DNA of 64,000 nucleotides from an uncultured Pseudomonadota bacterium. Lineage in GTDB: Bacteria; Desulfobacterota; Binatia; Binatales; Binataceae. Where the stretch lies: NCBI GenBank assembly GCA_963804355.1, contig CAWDQC010000018.1, positions 71,281 to 135,280 on the forward strand. Direction: 5' to 3'. A program made the translations under genes and the position numbers. Below the pieces are notes generated by a model that was not told where the DNA came from, did not search any database, and worked only from the letters and a program-made list of their open reading frames with translations. Below are positions 51,644 to 63,753 of the stretch, piece after piece; within the stretch, counting starts at the first letter, position 1; each line of letters begins with the position of its first letter.

Positions 51644-54600
51644 TTATAGCGAAAACTGTGGAAGGTCGATTAGGTCGGCTTCGATCTTACATACTTCGAC
51701 CCAGTCAGGGCGACGGAAATAGATTCCCTCTCGGCCCTTGCTGTCCGCACCAACCCCTCGCAGAAAGACATACAACAAACCTCCAAAGCGTTCTGCATAT
51801 TCTTGTTCGCTGCGAATCTGTAGCAAACGAATTATCCCAACCAGATATATTTGCGCCTGCAAGGCATAGTTACGCATTACATGCGTTTCAATGGTCGATG
51901 AGTCATAGGACGGAAGCAGGTCGCTCTTCCAGTCGGCGAAATAAATCAGCCCGTCCTGCTCAAAGACATAATCCACGAATCCCTTAAGGAAACCTCGTTC
52001 GACCGTCCAGCGGTCATTCGTTACCTCTGTGAGGTTCGGATGGTGACGTTCGGGGATTGGATATACGAATTCCATTTCTCGTATTCCGCCGGCTTTGTGT
52101 AGTGGACCGATCACTCGGCCGTTCACGAGAGAGAATACTGTATTCAGCGTCTTAAAGATGACTGTGCGTCCTCGGTCGAGCCAACCAGGGTCTTTCACTT
52201 GATGTAGACGCATAGAATCGTCAAAGAGTTGTTGGATATCGCTGCGCTCGCGCCACGAGTCGAAATCGGGGTTTTCAATGAAAGTGTTCATCCCTAGGAT
52301 GTGTTCGATCACCTCGTGCAAAAAAATGCCAACTTGACTGCCACCTGGCAGGTCTGCCGCCGAAGGTTCGATCTGCAGGTCGATCTTAAACTCGTCTGGT
52401 TCCACCTCCGACCTTGTCGGACGCGCGGCATGCTTGAGAGCAGTATATGAGCTCATCAAGAGTGCAGAGTGCTCACGTGTCGCTCGATCGAAGGTTGTTT
52501 CAAGTTCGGAATCATCACGCAGCAAAGCTTCCGGCGGAGACCATTCTCCGATCGGCAGCGGATCGGGATCTTCAGATGTAGTCGACAAGGCATCGCATGC
52601 GTCTTCAACCTGAAACAAATCCTGCGCAGGTTGGACCCTTTCTGTGATATTTGTTGCGATTGCTTTGAGGCGATCGTTGAGAGGTTTGTAGTAACCGTTG
52701 ACCGCGGTCTTAGTAGCGCCATCGGGAAAAAACGGCAAATAGATTTGAGCGCGTGCACGAGTCAGCGCGACATAGAGGAGACGCTGATCTTCCTCGGCTT
52801 CCTCGTCTTTGAGTTCGTCGCTCACCAGCGCTTGTAACTTACTCCCGATAGCAAACTGTCGCTCGCCTTCGTGGTGATAAATCACGAGCTTGTCGCGTTG
52901 CCAGTTTCGATGCGAGCCACCGAACAAAAAGACAACGTCAGCCTCGAGTCCCTTGCTCATGTGCACGGTCATTACCTGCACGGCGTTTCGTTCGCTTTCG
53001 AGGCGTTGCACGTTCCCGTCGGGTCCCGGTGGCTCATTTCGTTCGGCGATATAGCCTTCAAGCAGCTCGATGACATCCCTCAAAGCCAATCGACTCGCGA
53101 CTGCTCGTTCTACTAACACTTCGGTTATGTGTAAAAAGTTGGTTAATTCGCGTTTGCTGCGTGAGAGCAATATCTCGCGATCGACCAGGCCGCTGTCGTG
53201 AACCAGACTGTCGAAAAGATCGGCGAAGTGTCCTGCCGCGCCCATTGATGACCATCCATAGAGGCGTTCGACCAGCGGGTGCGAGTCGGGCACTTCACCA
53301 AGGGTTGGAAGGTCTTGGTAGCGGACGGCGAAAAACCGCGATCCCCAGGCGCGCAACCGCAACGAACGATCCTGGGGCGATTCGATCGCCCTCAGAACAT
53401 CTAGTACTTCGCGAGCTTCTCGAGTTCGGAACAATCCGTCGAGCTTAAAAAAGGCGAAAGGAACCTGGTATTCACGCAAATAGAGGCCGATTTCTTCGCT
53501 TTCGCGCTTGGTGCGAGTCAAGACAAAAATATCACGAGGTTCGACCGTCCGACTCTTTGTTTCGCGGCGAGCGCCGTCAGGATCGTGAATAACCAGACCG
53601 CCCGCGTCCGATAGCATCTTTCGCAAGGTCGCCGCGATATAGCGTCCGATGGTCTCGCGCGCTGCCGACGCGAAACGCTGGGTAGCATCGTTTGGGAGGA
53701 AACGCATCAGAACAACCGGCTTGACGACATTGCCATCTGCGTCGTTAACCCTGCGGGTGCCCAGGCCGCATCGGGCTGGATCGCCATAAGCGATTTCACC
53801 CGTGAAAAACGGGGACTCGATCTTTTGGTCGAATATGCAGTTGAGCGAGTCTACTATCGAGGCACTAGAACGAAAATTTGTTACGAGTGGTACGCGACGT
53901 GCGCCGACACGGGTCAATTCGCTGCAAGCATTCAGGTAAGCGTGGATATCGGCTCCACGAAAGCCGTAGATTGCCTGTTTCGGGTCGCCCACTACGAAAA
54001 GCCGGTTATCTCCTTTGTGCTCTACAAAGATTCGTCTGAGGATCCGCCATTGCACATCGTCTGTGTCTTGAAACTCGTCTGCCAGTCCGAAACGAAAGCG
54101 GCTACGGAGAGTCTCTGCCAATGCGGCTCCGTCTTGAGAGTCGAGCGCTCTTAGTACCCACTCGAGCATATCTCCATAGTCGATTAGCCCTTGTTCTCGT
54201 TTGTCGCGGTCGAGTCGGGCACGGACTGCAGGCAAATACGTCTCGACTAAAATAGTCTCGGTGGCTTCTTCTGCGTTGCTTTCGATCAACGCCGCCGACT
54301 GGAGTTCCGTGACATAGCGCAGGAACTGCGCGAACCCTTCCGGTTGCGTACGGCTGTCGAGCAAACTCGTCGCTTTCGTAAAAGGACCGAAATCGAATTC
54401 GGCCAGCGATTTGAGAAGAGCGTTGCTCGAGTAAAGACTGTCTACCAGATGCCCCAGCTTCCTCAGCGCATCGAGAGGCTTTGCCAATTGCCGGGCGCTA
54501 AGCCCACTTTCATGGAAGTCGTGCTCAAGAGCTTGAGCGTCGAACGATTCGATAAAATGCCGAACTAATTCGGAACGGGAGCCAGCAGGATCGCTTTCGA

Positions 54601-55196
54601 GATATCGACGCTGGTGTGCCTTCAAGAGAAGCTTCTCCAAAGCGTCAACCTGGCCGCCTGAACTGAGCCAATTCTCTAAAAGCGTACGCTCGCCCCTCCC
54701 ATCTGAGATGAATTCGCGAAGCACTGCTCGAAAAGCACGATGGAATGGTCGGTACGCGTCGACGACTTCGAGGTCAAAGCTCATTCCAGTCTAGGAATGC
54801 GAGTTCGCTAAGCATACGCTGGCAAAAGCCATGTATCGTAAATATCGATGCACGATCGAAGGCCCAGAGCGATCGTTCCAGGCGCGACCGCGCTTCTTCA
54901 TCGATGGTGATCCTCTGGGACTCGGAGAGTGGCTCAACAAGAGACCTTCCCTGAAGAACATCTTCGATTAGCCTGCGGATTCTGCTACGGAGCTCTGCAG
55001 TCGCCTTCTCCGTGAAGGTGACTACGAGGATCTGGTCGATAGTTATGGGCGCGCTGCGCAACAGTTCAACGAATAAATGCTCAATAGTGAAAGTCTTGCC
55101 TGTCCCGGCGCTAGCCTCGATCACTGCATGACGGCTCTGTAAGATGTCGTTAAGGATTCGAGGCTGCCAATATGCGATATCAGACATTTCGCTCAC
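51644..55196 (-). CDS. recB: Exodeoxyribonuclease V beta subunit, frameshift near 54785
   Basis: IEASAGTGKT, TFTEKAT.EL, TIHGFC, DEFQDT, GDPKQAIYGFRGA, SKGLE, LYVALTRA; nuclease GFVD...ADWKS. Confidence 0.95.
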
Positions 55197-58100
55197 TTTT
55201 CGAAAATCGCTTTTAGCGGACCAAATCGCCGATCAACGATCGCGCGTATGTCTTTAGGAACATAGGAAGGGAAGCTGCGCGCGTCAGCTACAGGTCCAAA
55301 GTCGGATCTGCAAAACGCAAAATCATTGTCGCGGATCGCTTCGACGGCATCTTGGATCTCACGGTCCTTCGACATTCCGCGCGAAATGATCTGCCCCACC
55401 GCTTCAATCGGGAGAAAGTAGTGATTCTGATCGGAAAGCAAATCTCGCGTCAGCAATCCAAGATACTCAACGAGCCTCAGCCCGGCCAGGAGGCGAGAAA
55501 CTTCGGGAAAACTTCTTGACGTTCTGTCCGTCCTCATCTCCACCAAGTGCTATAGCCACGAAGTCCAACGGCATCGTCTCGCCCGCGGCCGACAGCACGA
55601 TTGCGGCGAGAAATCCGTCGAGAAAATCCGTAGGCTTTGCCTTTTTCCCCGCAATGCAGCGAATCCAGCGACTTAAGTCCGCCGAAACAGGGCCAATCTG
55701 TCCGCGAAGCTTCACACCGTGGATGAGGGTATTGTCCGCTCGCGTAGCGTCGATTTCGATAGCGATCTCGGGCAGTGTGCGATCGATTTCTGAAAACTCG
55801 TCGCCTCCTCCAAGCGCTACCTGCTGCCACCCATCGAGATTTACGATCCCCACCTTCTCCGCCTGAACAAGACTTAAGCGAAGCTTGGCCAAGTCACGAT
55901 CCTGTGCTGCGCGCGCGAATGGTCCCGTAGGTGCGTCGCCTTCCAACTCGCGTAGTGCGTAGTTTTGCCGATAGATCGCTTCGATCTTGTCTGGATCGCC
56001 CCGTGCGGACCACAATGCTTCGCGTAGAGACATCGTGCGATCTAGGGCATCCTGATCTAGTGGCTCTTCGTCGGTCCCTTGATCATCGCCATCTCCTTGC
56101 TCGAACAATCCGAGTGCATATCTGGCGGCGCCCTGTAACGGACACTCGAGATAACGCCGAAGTGCCACGATCGGCAGCAGAAGTTCTCGTGTCGCGACCG
56201 GACCAGTTGGTCTTGGCAAGTCGATAAATCGCAGTCGCGCTCTCAACTGTTCACGTACATGAGGGGACAGCCTATCAAGAAGAGGTTCATCGCTCGATAG
56301 TTGGGGCTGGCCGCAGCGCTTCTCAAGATCGTCGCGCATCGACGCGATCTGAGCTCCGCGACGCGCATTATGGTCAAAACTTACTAGTCGGGCCTGATCT
56401 CCATCCTCTGGTGTCGCCAAGTCGTCAAAGTATCTACGATCATAGCTGCTCTCTGGATGTTCAACCGAAAGTCGCGAAAGGTGGCTACCAGGTAACAACT
56501 CGCGGAGTATCAATTGAAGGTCGCTCACTACCGGTGAAGGTTCCAGCTGGTCACCGGTTACGGCGTTGCGCGAGACGTAAGAGATAAAGACTCGATCACG
56601 CGCGGCCAGCAACGTTTCCAGGAATATGTAACGATCGCGCTCGGTCGGTGTGACGTCTCCCGGAATGCGCCGCAATCGGCGGAGGTCCAGCGTGTCGTGC
56701 CGCTCGCGTTCCGGAAAATCCAACTCACCCATCCCAAGCATAAAGATCACTCGGAATGGAATCGAATGCAGAGCCGAAAACGATCCAACGACCACTCCAG
56801 TTTCCGTATAGGCGTAATGTTCGGCCTGCGCACTGGCTATTTGCTTGAGCGCGATGTCAACTGCAATCTCATAGGAGACGGGACTATTCATCAAACTCGC
56901 GGGCGCCATCGCATCGATCGCGCCTAAGACCAGATCTCGAATTCGTTCGCCGGCGCGGTCGGACGGGCGGATATGTCGCGAAACGAGGGAGCTCAAGACA
57001 CTTGACCATTCCGGCAGTGGAAGGTCTCTTTGCGCCACCTCCATCGCATCGCAAAGAAGCCTGCGAGCCGTTCGAATCATCGCCGTGGCCGCGCCCATGG
57101 AGTCCTGAGGCACCTCATAAGGAAGATACTCGCGCGTTCCGTCAGCGTGGAAGACACGCCCTTTACCGCCGGAACCATTCTCCATGAAGAGGCCCAACGC
57201 TAAGCGTTTCAGGGCCTGATCCCAATGATAAAGATTTGGCGAGACGTAAGTACCGGAGAACGCCGTTTCATCCGCACCAAAGTAAATACCTAGCGAACGA
57301 CACCATCGCGACCATTGCTCAGAGTCTTCTTCTGCTAGTTCTCCAGCCACCGCCGGATGGGTCAGCAGTCGTTCTAAATCGTTGCGACCGAAACGCCCGA
57401 GGGGCAGTTTCAACAAAAGCTCCACCGCCTCTACGACGCGGCTCTCTGCGTCGCCTCGTCGTTCCACGATGTTGAGGGGAATCCGGTGTGCTTGGGCGAA
57501 GACGCTCTCGATATGTGACAGATAAGTGTCACGCGACGAATCCGGCATCATCACGGCTATCTGATGGAATCTGAGACGCTGTGCCGACTCGTTGACGGGA
57601 TGGGACTCGTCGTCATTTCGGATAATTGCCCAAATCGCATTGGCGATGATTTCAACCTCGCGCCGAACGCCCGGGCAGAGAAGGAATCGAATACTCTCGT
57701 CTGCGCCAGAGTAGTCAGCCGGCAAAGTAGTTTCGGGCTGACGTAGAAGAATTGTGTTCTGTACAGCAGCCAGCAAAGAATTGGATTTTGCGTGTCCGAG
57801 CGGACTCGTGAAATGGGATTCGAAGTCGCAGTCCGTGATCTCGTTGAGAAGCCTGATATATTCTCGCCCGGCGCGGCCCCAATTCCGTAGCGCGAGATTG
57901 TCCCCGGACGATTCGAACTTGAAGGGATCTTCTGACTGGTCCAGTGCCAGACTGCCTACTTTGGGCGGACGATGAGATTTTTGTGTAGTTGCGCGCTGGT
58001 CTGAAACGTCTTCCCAAAATTCCTGGCAAGGATTCAACGTATAGACCTGGAGGTCGATGAGGGACCCCAGTCGTCCGAAAATTCTGAGAAATTCTGCGCC

Positions 58101-58796
58101 AACGTAACTGAGTCCGAAGATGTGCAACTGAGCAGGCAGTGCACTGCGTAATTGTTCCGAGTCTAGCGCTGCGATCGCATCTGGTAGCATCATCCAACGC
58201 CGGTTTGGATTGCTTCGATCTGCGGTCATCCAGCTTGCTTTCAGGGCACCGTCCGGGTTGAACAGTGCGGTCCAGATCCGCCGCTGCCACACCTCACTTG
58301 AATCCGCCGAATCAGGGATCCTTGTGGGGCCGGCGGACCATCGCTTGAGCATCGCACCGCGCAGAATCGAATACTCGCGAAAGAGCCAAGCTACGCGCTC
58401 GCTCAACTGGAACAATCTCAAATCGCTCTGGCGTGGTCTGGCATGGGATGTTCCGATATATGATCGTATGGCGTCGAAATCTGAATCCTCGCTCGCTGCG
58501 GCCTTACGCAGAAATTCGAAGATCACGATTTGGAGTTCTTTGAGGTCGAGTATTCGGAGATCACCGACCGCTTTTTGGATCACCTCACCAAGATAACGTC
58601 GCAAAAATGGGCAATAGAGGTTAGCTGCGATTCCCTCCCTTTCGGCTAAACGCAACTTGATATATTCATCGACCGCACGATTCGGGACAACAATCGTTAC
58701 CCGTTCGAGCGGCGCCTTGCGTTGCGCAATCCGAACGGCAGTTCGCAGCGGCGAGATCAAATCTTCGAAGCGATTCGAATAATGAAGGTGTAGCAT
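55193..58796 (-). CDS. recC: Exodeoxyribonuclease V gamma subunit, frameshift near 55480
   Basis: LHYSNRFEDL, NPCQEFWED, WGRAGREY, REVE, IPFRVIFMLGM, DRYIFLETLLAAR, PSPVV; overlaps the recB start. Confidence 0.92.
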
Positions 58797-58985
58797 GGCC
58801 AGCACACTTACTGGAGCTGTCCATTGTAATATCGAAAGGCGTGGTTTGCTGGTCTGTTCGAACGATGGTATGCAGAAGAATCAACAGAAAATGCACAACG
58901 TTGAACAGAAATCCTGACAGAGCGCACGAAAGACGCGGTTGCTCTTCCAGAAGGAGCGATTCCGCGAGGTCCGACCCGGGTCGCG

Positions 58986-59847
58986 TTATTTCTCGACAGT
59001 CTCGCGTTCGATAGCCAGCAGCGCGTCGAGTCCGATGGTATTATGCACCGCCCCCAACTCGGCCTTCGCGCCGCCCGATTGCAAAGAGCGTCGCCGCCTC
59101 TCCTTGTCCCATTGCTTTGTAGCATTGGGCCAGAGCGCGATGGAAAACGAGCAACGGAGTAACCGGGTCGACGAGCAATCTGAATCCGAGCGCCAGAAGG
59201 TCAGCCTTAGTCAGCCCGATCGCCTTCAGTCCACTGTCCGTTTGCAAAGTCATTAGTGGCGGCGGCAGGTGGTCGCCCAACTGGCGGAATTGATCGGCTT
59301 TAAACGCTGTCGCAAAGAGCATATCTGCACCCGCCTCACGATAAGCTTCGGCCCGCCGAAGCGCATCGTCGATATTTCCCGAGCGAAGAGCATTGGTTCG
59401 ACCAATTATCACGAACTTGGGATCCCGTCGTGCGCGCACTGCTTCACGGATCTTGGCCGCCATCAACTCCATTGGGATCAGATGTTCGATCCCAATGTGA
59501 TGATGCGCGCGTTTCGGCAGTAGTTGGTCTTCGATCTCGATACCCGCGAAACCTGCAGCCTCGACCATGTTGATGGTGCGATGGAGATGCATCGGATCGC
59601 CCCAGCCGCAGGCACCGTCGAGAATTAGTGGGAGGCGGCTGGCCGTGCGAATATCCAGCCCGATGCGCACCATCTCGGTTAGTGTCAAATTCGCCTCAGT
59701 AACGCACTGCACGTATCCGAGGGTGCCACCGCCGAGATAGAGCGCGGGAAAACCTGCCGCCTCGGCCAGTTTTGCGCTCATCGGATTGAAGACAACGGGC
59801 GCTTCTACAAGACTCTTTCCGCTAATCATTTCATGGAAACTGCTCAT
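58986..59847 (-). CDS. Isocitrate lyase/PEP mutase superfamily enzyme, C-terminal frameshift
   Basis: SAKLAEAAGFPALYLGG, ILDGACGWG, IEIEDQ, RAEAYREAGAD; continuation ...GLDALLAIERETVEK*. Confidence 0.88.
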
Positions 59848-59988
59848 GGCATTTCCTCGTTAATATAACGTTCGCCACTTACCCGATACTTAGTGGAGGA
59901 TCGCACGTCCTGCGTTCAACCAGTAATAACTACGGAGGGCTGAAGTAAAATGAACCCTAGCGCAAGCCCGATAGCAACCAGATATCCG

Positions 59989-61077
59989 CTAGACGGGTGG
60001 AAGCAGGCGGAGTTCCTGAAATCGCCGGAACCATTTTCGAAACATGTCTTCCGTATCGATACAGTCGTGGAAGCCTGCTTGCCGGGCTTTGATCGTACTG
60101 ACGATCATAGGTTGGGGATTGGTGGCGCCATAGGCGAAGGAGAAATCCGCCAGCGAAAACGATTCGCCAACGAATGCATACATATCTTCAGGCGCGACGA
60201 GTCCATACTTGCCAACGATCGCTGCCCATTCCTTCGAATACTTTGGCATCTCGCGCGCGAGCGATACGGGCTGAGGCTCTCCGACCTTCATCCCAAGTGC
60301 GTCCGCGATAGCTGGCCACACTTCCCGCCACACAAAAACATCGCCGTTGGTGATGTTGAAAATCTCGTCGCGGCAGGCCGGCGTTACCGCAGCCCACTCC
60401 AGCGATCGCGCCATCAAGTCTACGTCCACCATCTCGAAGATAAACGGCGGACCACCGGGGAAGGATAGCGGCAAACCCGCCTCGCGTCGCAGCGCCGCAT
60501 ACACGCCGATCGCTGGAACTACATTGAGATTGCCGCCAATTGCTTCACCGACGACTAGTTGCGGACGCAGAATCGTCCAGTGCCACGATTTGCCCTGTTG
60601 CTTCGCGCGTAGGTAATCCTCCTGCAACCAGTAGAAGTTGTCATGCGGATGACGTGGTGATCGCTCGCGAGCAGGAATCGCGATCGGACCGAGATGGGCT
60701 CCATACGCTTTTGTTCCTTGAAGCAGCGAGACGTGCCGGAGATTTTTCGCGACGGCTTCCAAAGGTTCGAACAGATTCCTCAGCATAGAGAGATTCCGCT
60801 CCATCTGCTCGCGTTCGAGCCACCCTTCGATCAAGCCGGGTTTCTCATTCACCGCCGCATAAACGACGTGGGTCACGTCGGACATCGGCTGGAAAACTTC
60901 CCTGCACCTTTTCGCATCGAGTAGGTCAACTGAAAGGAAAACGGCACGGCCAGCAGTCGCAGGCGCGCGCCGCGACACCGCCACCACATCCCAATCAGCA
61001 AGCTTGGAGAAGTGTCGAACCGCCGCATAGCCGATCAAGCCGGAGGCGCCGGCGATGAGAACCTTTGGTTTTGGCAT
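59989..61077 (-). CDS. PRISE/VEP1-like (progesterone 5-beta-reductase-like) SDR oxidoreductase
   Basis: GASGLIG, VTHVVYAA, N..ML.N, QGTKAYG, NFYWLQED, FNITNGD. Confidence 0.85.
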   Translation of the reverse strand: MPKPKVLIAGASGLIGYAAVRHFSKLADWDVVAVSRRAPATAGRAVFLSVDLLDAKRCREVFQPMSDVTHVVYAAVNEKPGLIEGWLEREQMERNLSMLRNLFEPLEAVAKNLRHVSLLQGTKAYGAHLGPIAIPARERSPRHPHDNFYWLQEDYLRAKQQGKSWHWTILRPQLVVGEAIGGNLNVVPAIGVYAALRREAGLPLSFPGGPPFIFEMVDVDLMARSLEWAAVTPACRDEIFNITNGDVFVWREVWPAIADALGMKVGEPQPVSLAREMPKYSKEWAAIVGKYGLVAPEDMYAFVGESFSLADFSFAYGATNPQPMIVSTIKARQAGFHDCIDTEDMFRKWFRRFQELRLLPPV

Positions 61078-61296
61078 GGTCGGGGCTCCGATAGGTGTCG
61101 TGCTGACGTGGTAGTTTGGACATCACGATCTATCATTTGTCCCTGTATCCGCAAGGACGAGGGCTCTGAACCGCGAGCTCGTTATTTAGAATTGTAGCAA
61201 GCATCGATATCGCGGGTTTGGCTCGCGCTGATGGGATGGCCTAAGATTCTCATCCTCTTTGGGAGAAACAAAAGACGGAGCGAGAGGAGAATGTTG

Positions 61297-62350
61297 ATGG
61301 ATTTCGGAATCGTTTGCCTCGCAAGTGTTGCCAGTCGTGCTCAGGTCGCCTTCGCCGAGGCGAGCGGATTCACTCACGCATGGCTGGCCGATTCTCAGAT
61401 GGTCTGGGCTGACGTTTTTCAGTGTCTCGCCCTCGCCGCGAACGATACGCGCACGATCAAAATCGGCACCAACGTGACCAACCCGAGTTCCCGAATTGCT
61501 CCGGTGACCGCGTGCAACTTTGCCACGCTCAACGTACTCGCACCGGGCCGCGTGATCATGGGTATCGGTACGGGCAATACCTCCCGACGCACGCTTGGCA
61601 TGCCCGCCGCCAAACTCGCTGAGCTGCGTACCCATGTGGAAGTATGTCGAGGACTTTGGAATCGCGCCACCGTGCAATATCAGGAAGGCGATCGACGGCG
61701 GCAAATCCGGTTTCTCGATCCAGATGCCGGATTAATCAACCTTCGCGACTCAATCCCGGTGTATCTGGCCGGAAGCGGCCCGAAATCACTCGAACTCGCT
61801 GGGGAAATTGGCGATGGAGTAATCCTGTTTGGCGTGGTCGGCGACAGTCTGCTCGAGTATACACTCGGTCACGTCCGACGCGGGCGCTGAACGGGCGGGA
61901 CGGCGTCTGCAGGATCTTTATATCGTGGCTACCACGGCTTTCCATCTGACCAAACCGGGCGAGAGCTTCGCCGACGTCCAGCGAGCCGTAGGCCCACTTG
62001 TCACGTCCGAATGCAACATCTTTGCGCTATCAGTAAAAGACCCATACGAATTGCCGGCCGATATCCGCGAGAGTTTGATGGCGTTCAAGACCGCGTATCG
62101 CACGCCCGACGCACCAATCGAGACCCGCCACCTCGACCTCTATTCAGGCTATTGTGCTGAATTTAAGCCCGAACATGTCCCGCTCGTAACCGAGCGGATG
62201 ATCAAAGAGACGACTCTGACCGGTTCGGCGGAGGAACTTCAGGTGCGGATTCGCAAAATGGCGGCGGCTGGCGTCAACCAGGTCGCGATTGCGGGCGATC
62301 GTACGGTCATCGATGAGTTCAACACCCACGTGATTCAGCAACTAACCTAG
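61297..62350 (+). CDS. LLM-class (Mer-like) oxidoreductase, frameshift near 61885
   Basis: GFTHAWLADSQ, IGTNVTNPSSR, PGRVIMGIGTG, GPKSLELAGEIGDG. Confidence 0.88.
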
Positions 62351-62370
62351 TTCCGGTGCTGAAGTACTCT

Positions 62371-62727
62371 TCATTTGTTTGGCCATCGTGGATTGTTGAT
62401 CGCCAGCGCATCGGCTAACGATTGCCGGATGTGCGCGCGCAAAGAGTCGTCATCAACGGCAATGGCGCCTCTACGGATCTGCTCGGCCAAATCGACGTTC
62501 AGAGTTTCGGTATCGGCGTCGTAGCCCAGCAGATTCGTAAGTCGTGTGTGCTCCGCAACTGCCTGTCCGTCGTATAACTCGAGTTCGCGGCGAACAAGAT
62601 TGAGCACATTCATGGTGACCCGGGTTTGAAACCGATGGTAATCGGTTAGGGTTGGAAGGAGTTCCTCTTCCAGATACTTCGTGGCCGCTTTGAGCAGTGT
62701 CGCGCCATCCGGCAAACTTCGCGGCAT
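62371..62727 (-). CDS. DUF6285-like small protein (LvaB-like)
   Basis: LL.A...YLEEELLP, FQTRV..N.L..VRRE, LAINNPRW; directly after the APH gene. Confidence 0.75.
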   Translation of the reverse strand: MPRSLPDGATLLKAATKYLEEELLPTLTDYHRFQTRVTMNVLNLVRRELELYDGQAVAEHTRLTNLLGYDADTETLNVDLAEQIRRGAIAVDDDSLRAHIRQSLADALAINNPRWPNK

Positions 62728-62737
62728 AATCGTTTCC

Positions 62738-63731
62738 TTAGTCGCGCCCTTCAATCAGATTTAGGAAGTCCCAGAGCGGCTCCTCGATTCGGCGTCCAAT
62801 CGCCGAACGCTCGATGCCGGTTTCCTCGATTCCTCGCGCGCCCAGGCGCAAGCAATCGACGGCCCATTTGACGTTTCCAAACGCTTCCCAAAATCGGACG
62901 TGTGCTGGATCTACGGAGTGACCGCTCGCTCTCTCATATGCCGCGAACAGATCTTCTCGCGAGCCGAAACCTCCGACCGGCTGCGATCCTCCAAAGCGCC
63001 ACGTTCGTATGCATAGCCATCCCAAATCCTGCATCGGGTCGCCACTTTGCGCGAGTTCCCAGTCGAGCACGCAGCGAATTCCTTCTTCACCGACAATTAG
63101 ATTTCCCAGTCGAAAGTCGCCGTGAACCACCGTATGTCGTTGGTGTTTCGGGATATTCTCGATTGCCCAGCGCAGTGCCAGCTCGAGGGCCGGTAGATGA
63201 AATCCGAAATGATCGACTATCTTCGCGATGCGCCTCCACGTGCTCGGTGGCATTTTGGCGCATTAAGTACGGCGTTTTTGAGGGTTCGATACTGTGGATG
63301 GCTGCGAGAATCTCGCCGCACTGGCTGGCCATTAGTTTGCGCGCGCCAGCATATCGTTCGTCGCGAAGAATTCGCGGCCCGAGCGTTTCCCCCGCCACAC
63401 GTTCAGTGATGTAGCCGCGCCCGAGTCCGTCCTCTGCTTCGAGAATTGCTCGCACGCGCGGCGCGGGCGCCCCAGCTTCAACTGCGGCGATCATCAATCT
63501 GGCCTGTTGGTCGGAATCGACCTCGGGAGTAACGCCGGCGACTGGGTCTTCGCTCTCTGTGCTTTGCTGCAGGATGAACGATTCGCGTTTCGCGCCGACG
63601 TCGGCGTCGAAGGACCAGGTGGCTCGATTCGCACCGCCGGTTAATCGGCGAAGTTCATGGAGCGTACCCGGGGATCCGATTCGCCGCTCGACTAACGACT
63701 GTATTCGACTTGTGAAGTCGTCCGTTGTCAT
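62738..63731 (-). CDS. APH-family phosphotransferase (LvaA/ACAD10-kinase-like), frameshift near 63230
   Basis: LTGGANRATW, VVHGDFRLGN, VLDWEL, GDPMQDLGW..R.WRFG. Confidence 0.9.
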
Positions 63732-63753
63732 CGGTGCGATTGGTTCGCTGACT

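Noticed and set aside
54774-55500. Programmed frameshifts in recB/recC
   Set aside because: No slippery heptamer or stimulatory structure noticed; same pattern as the window-wide indel noise
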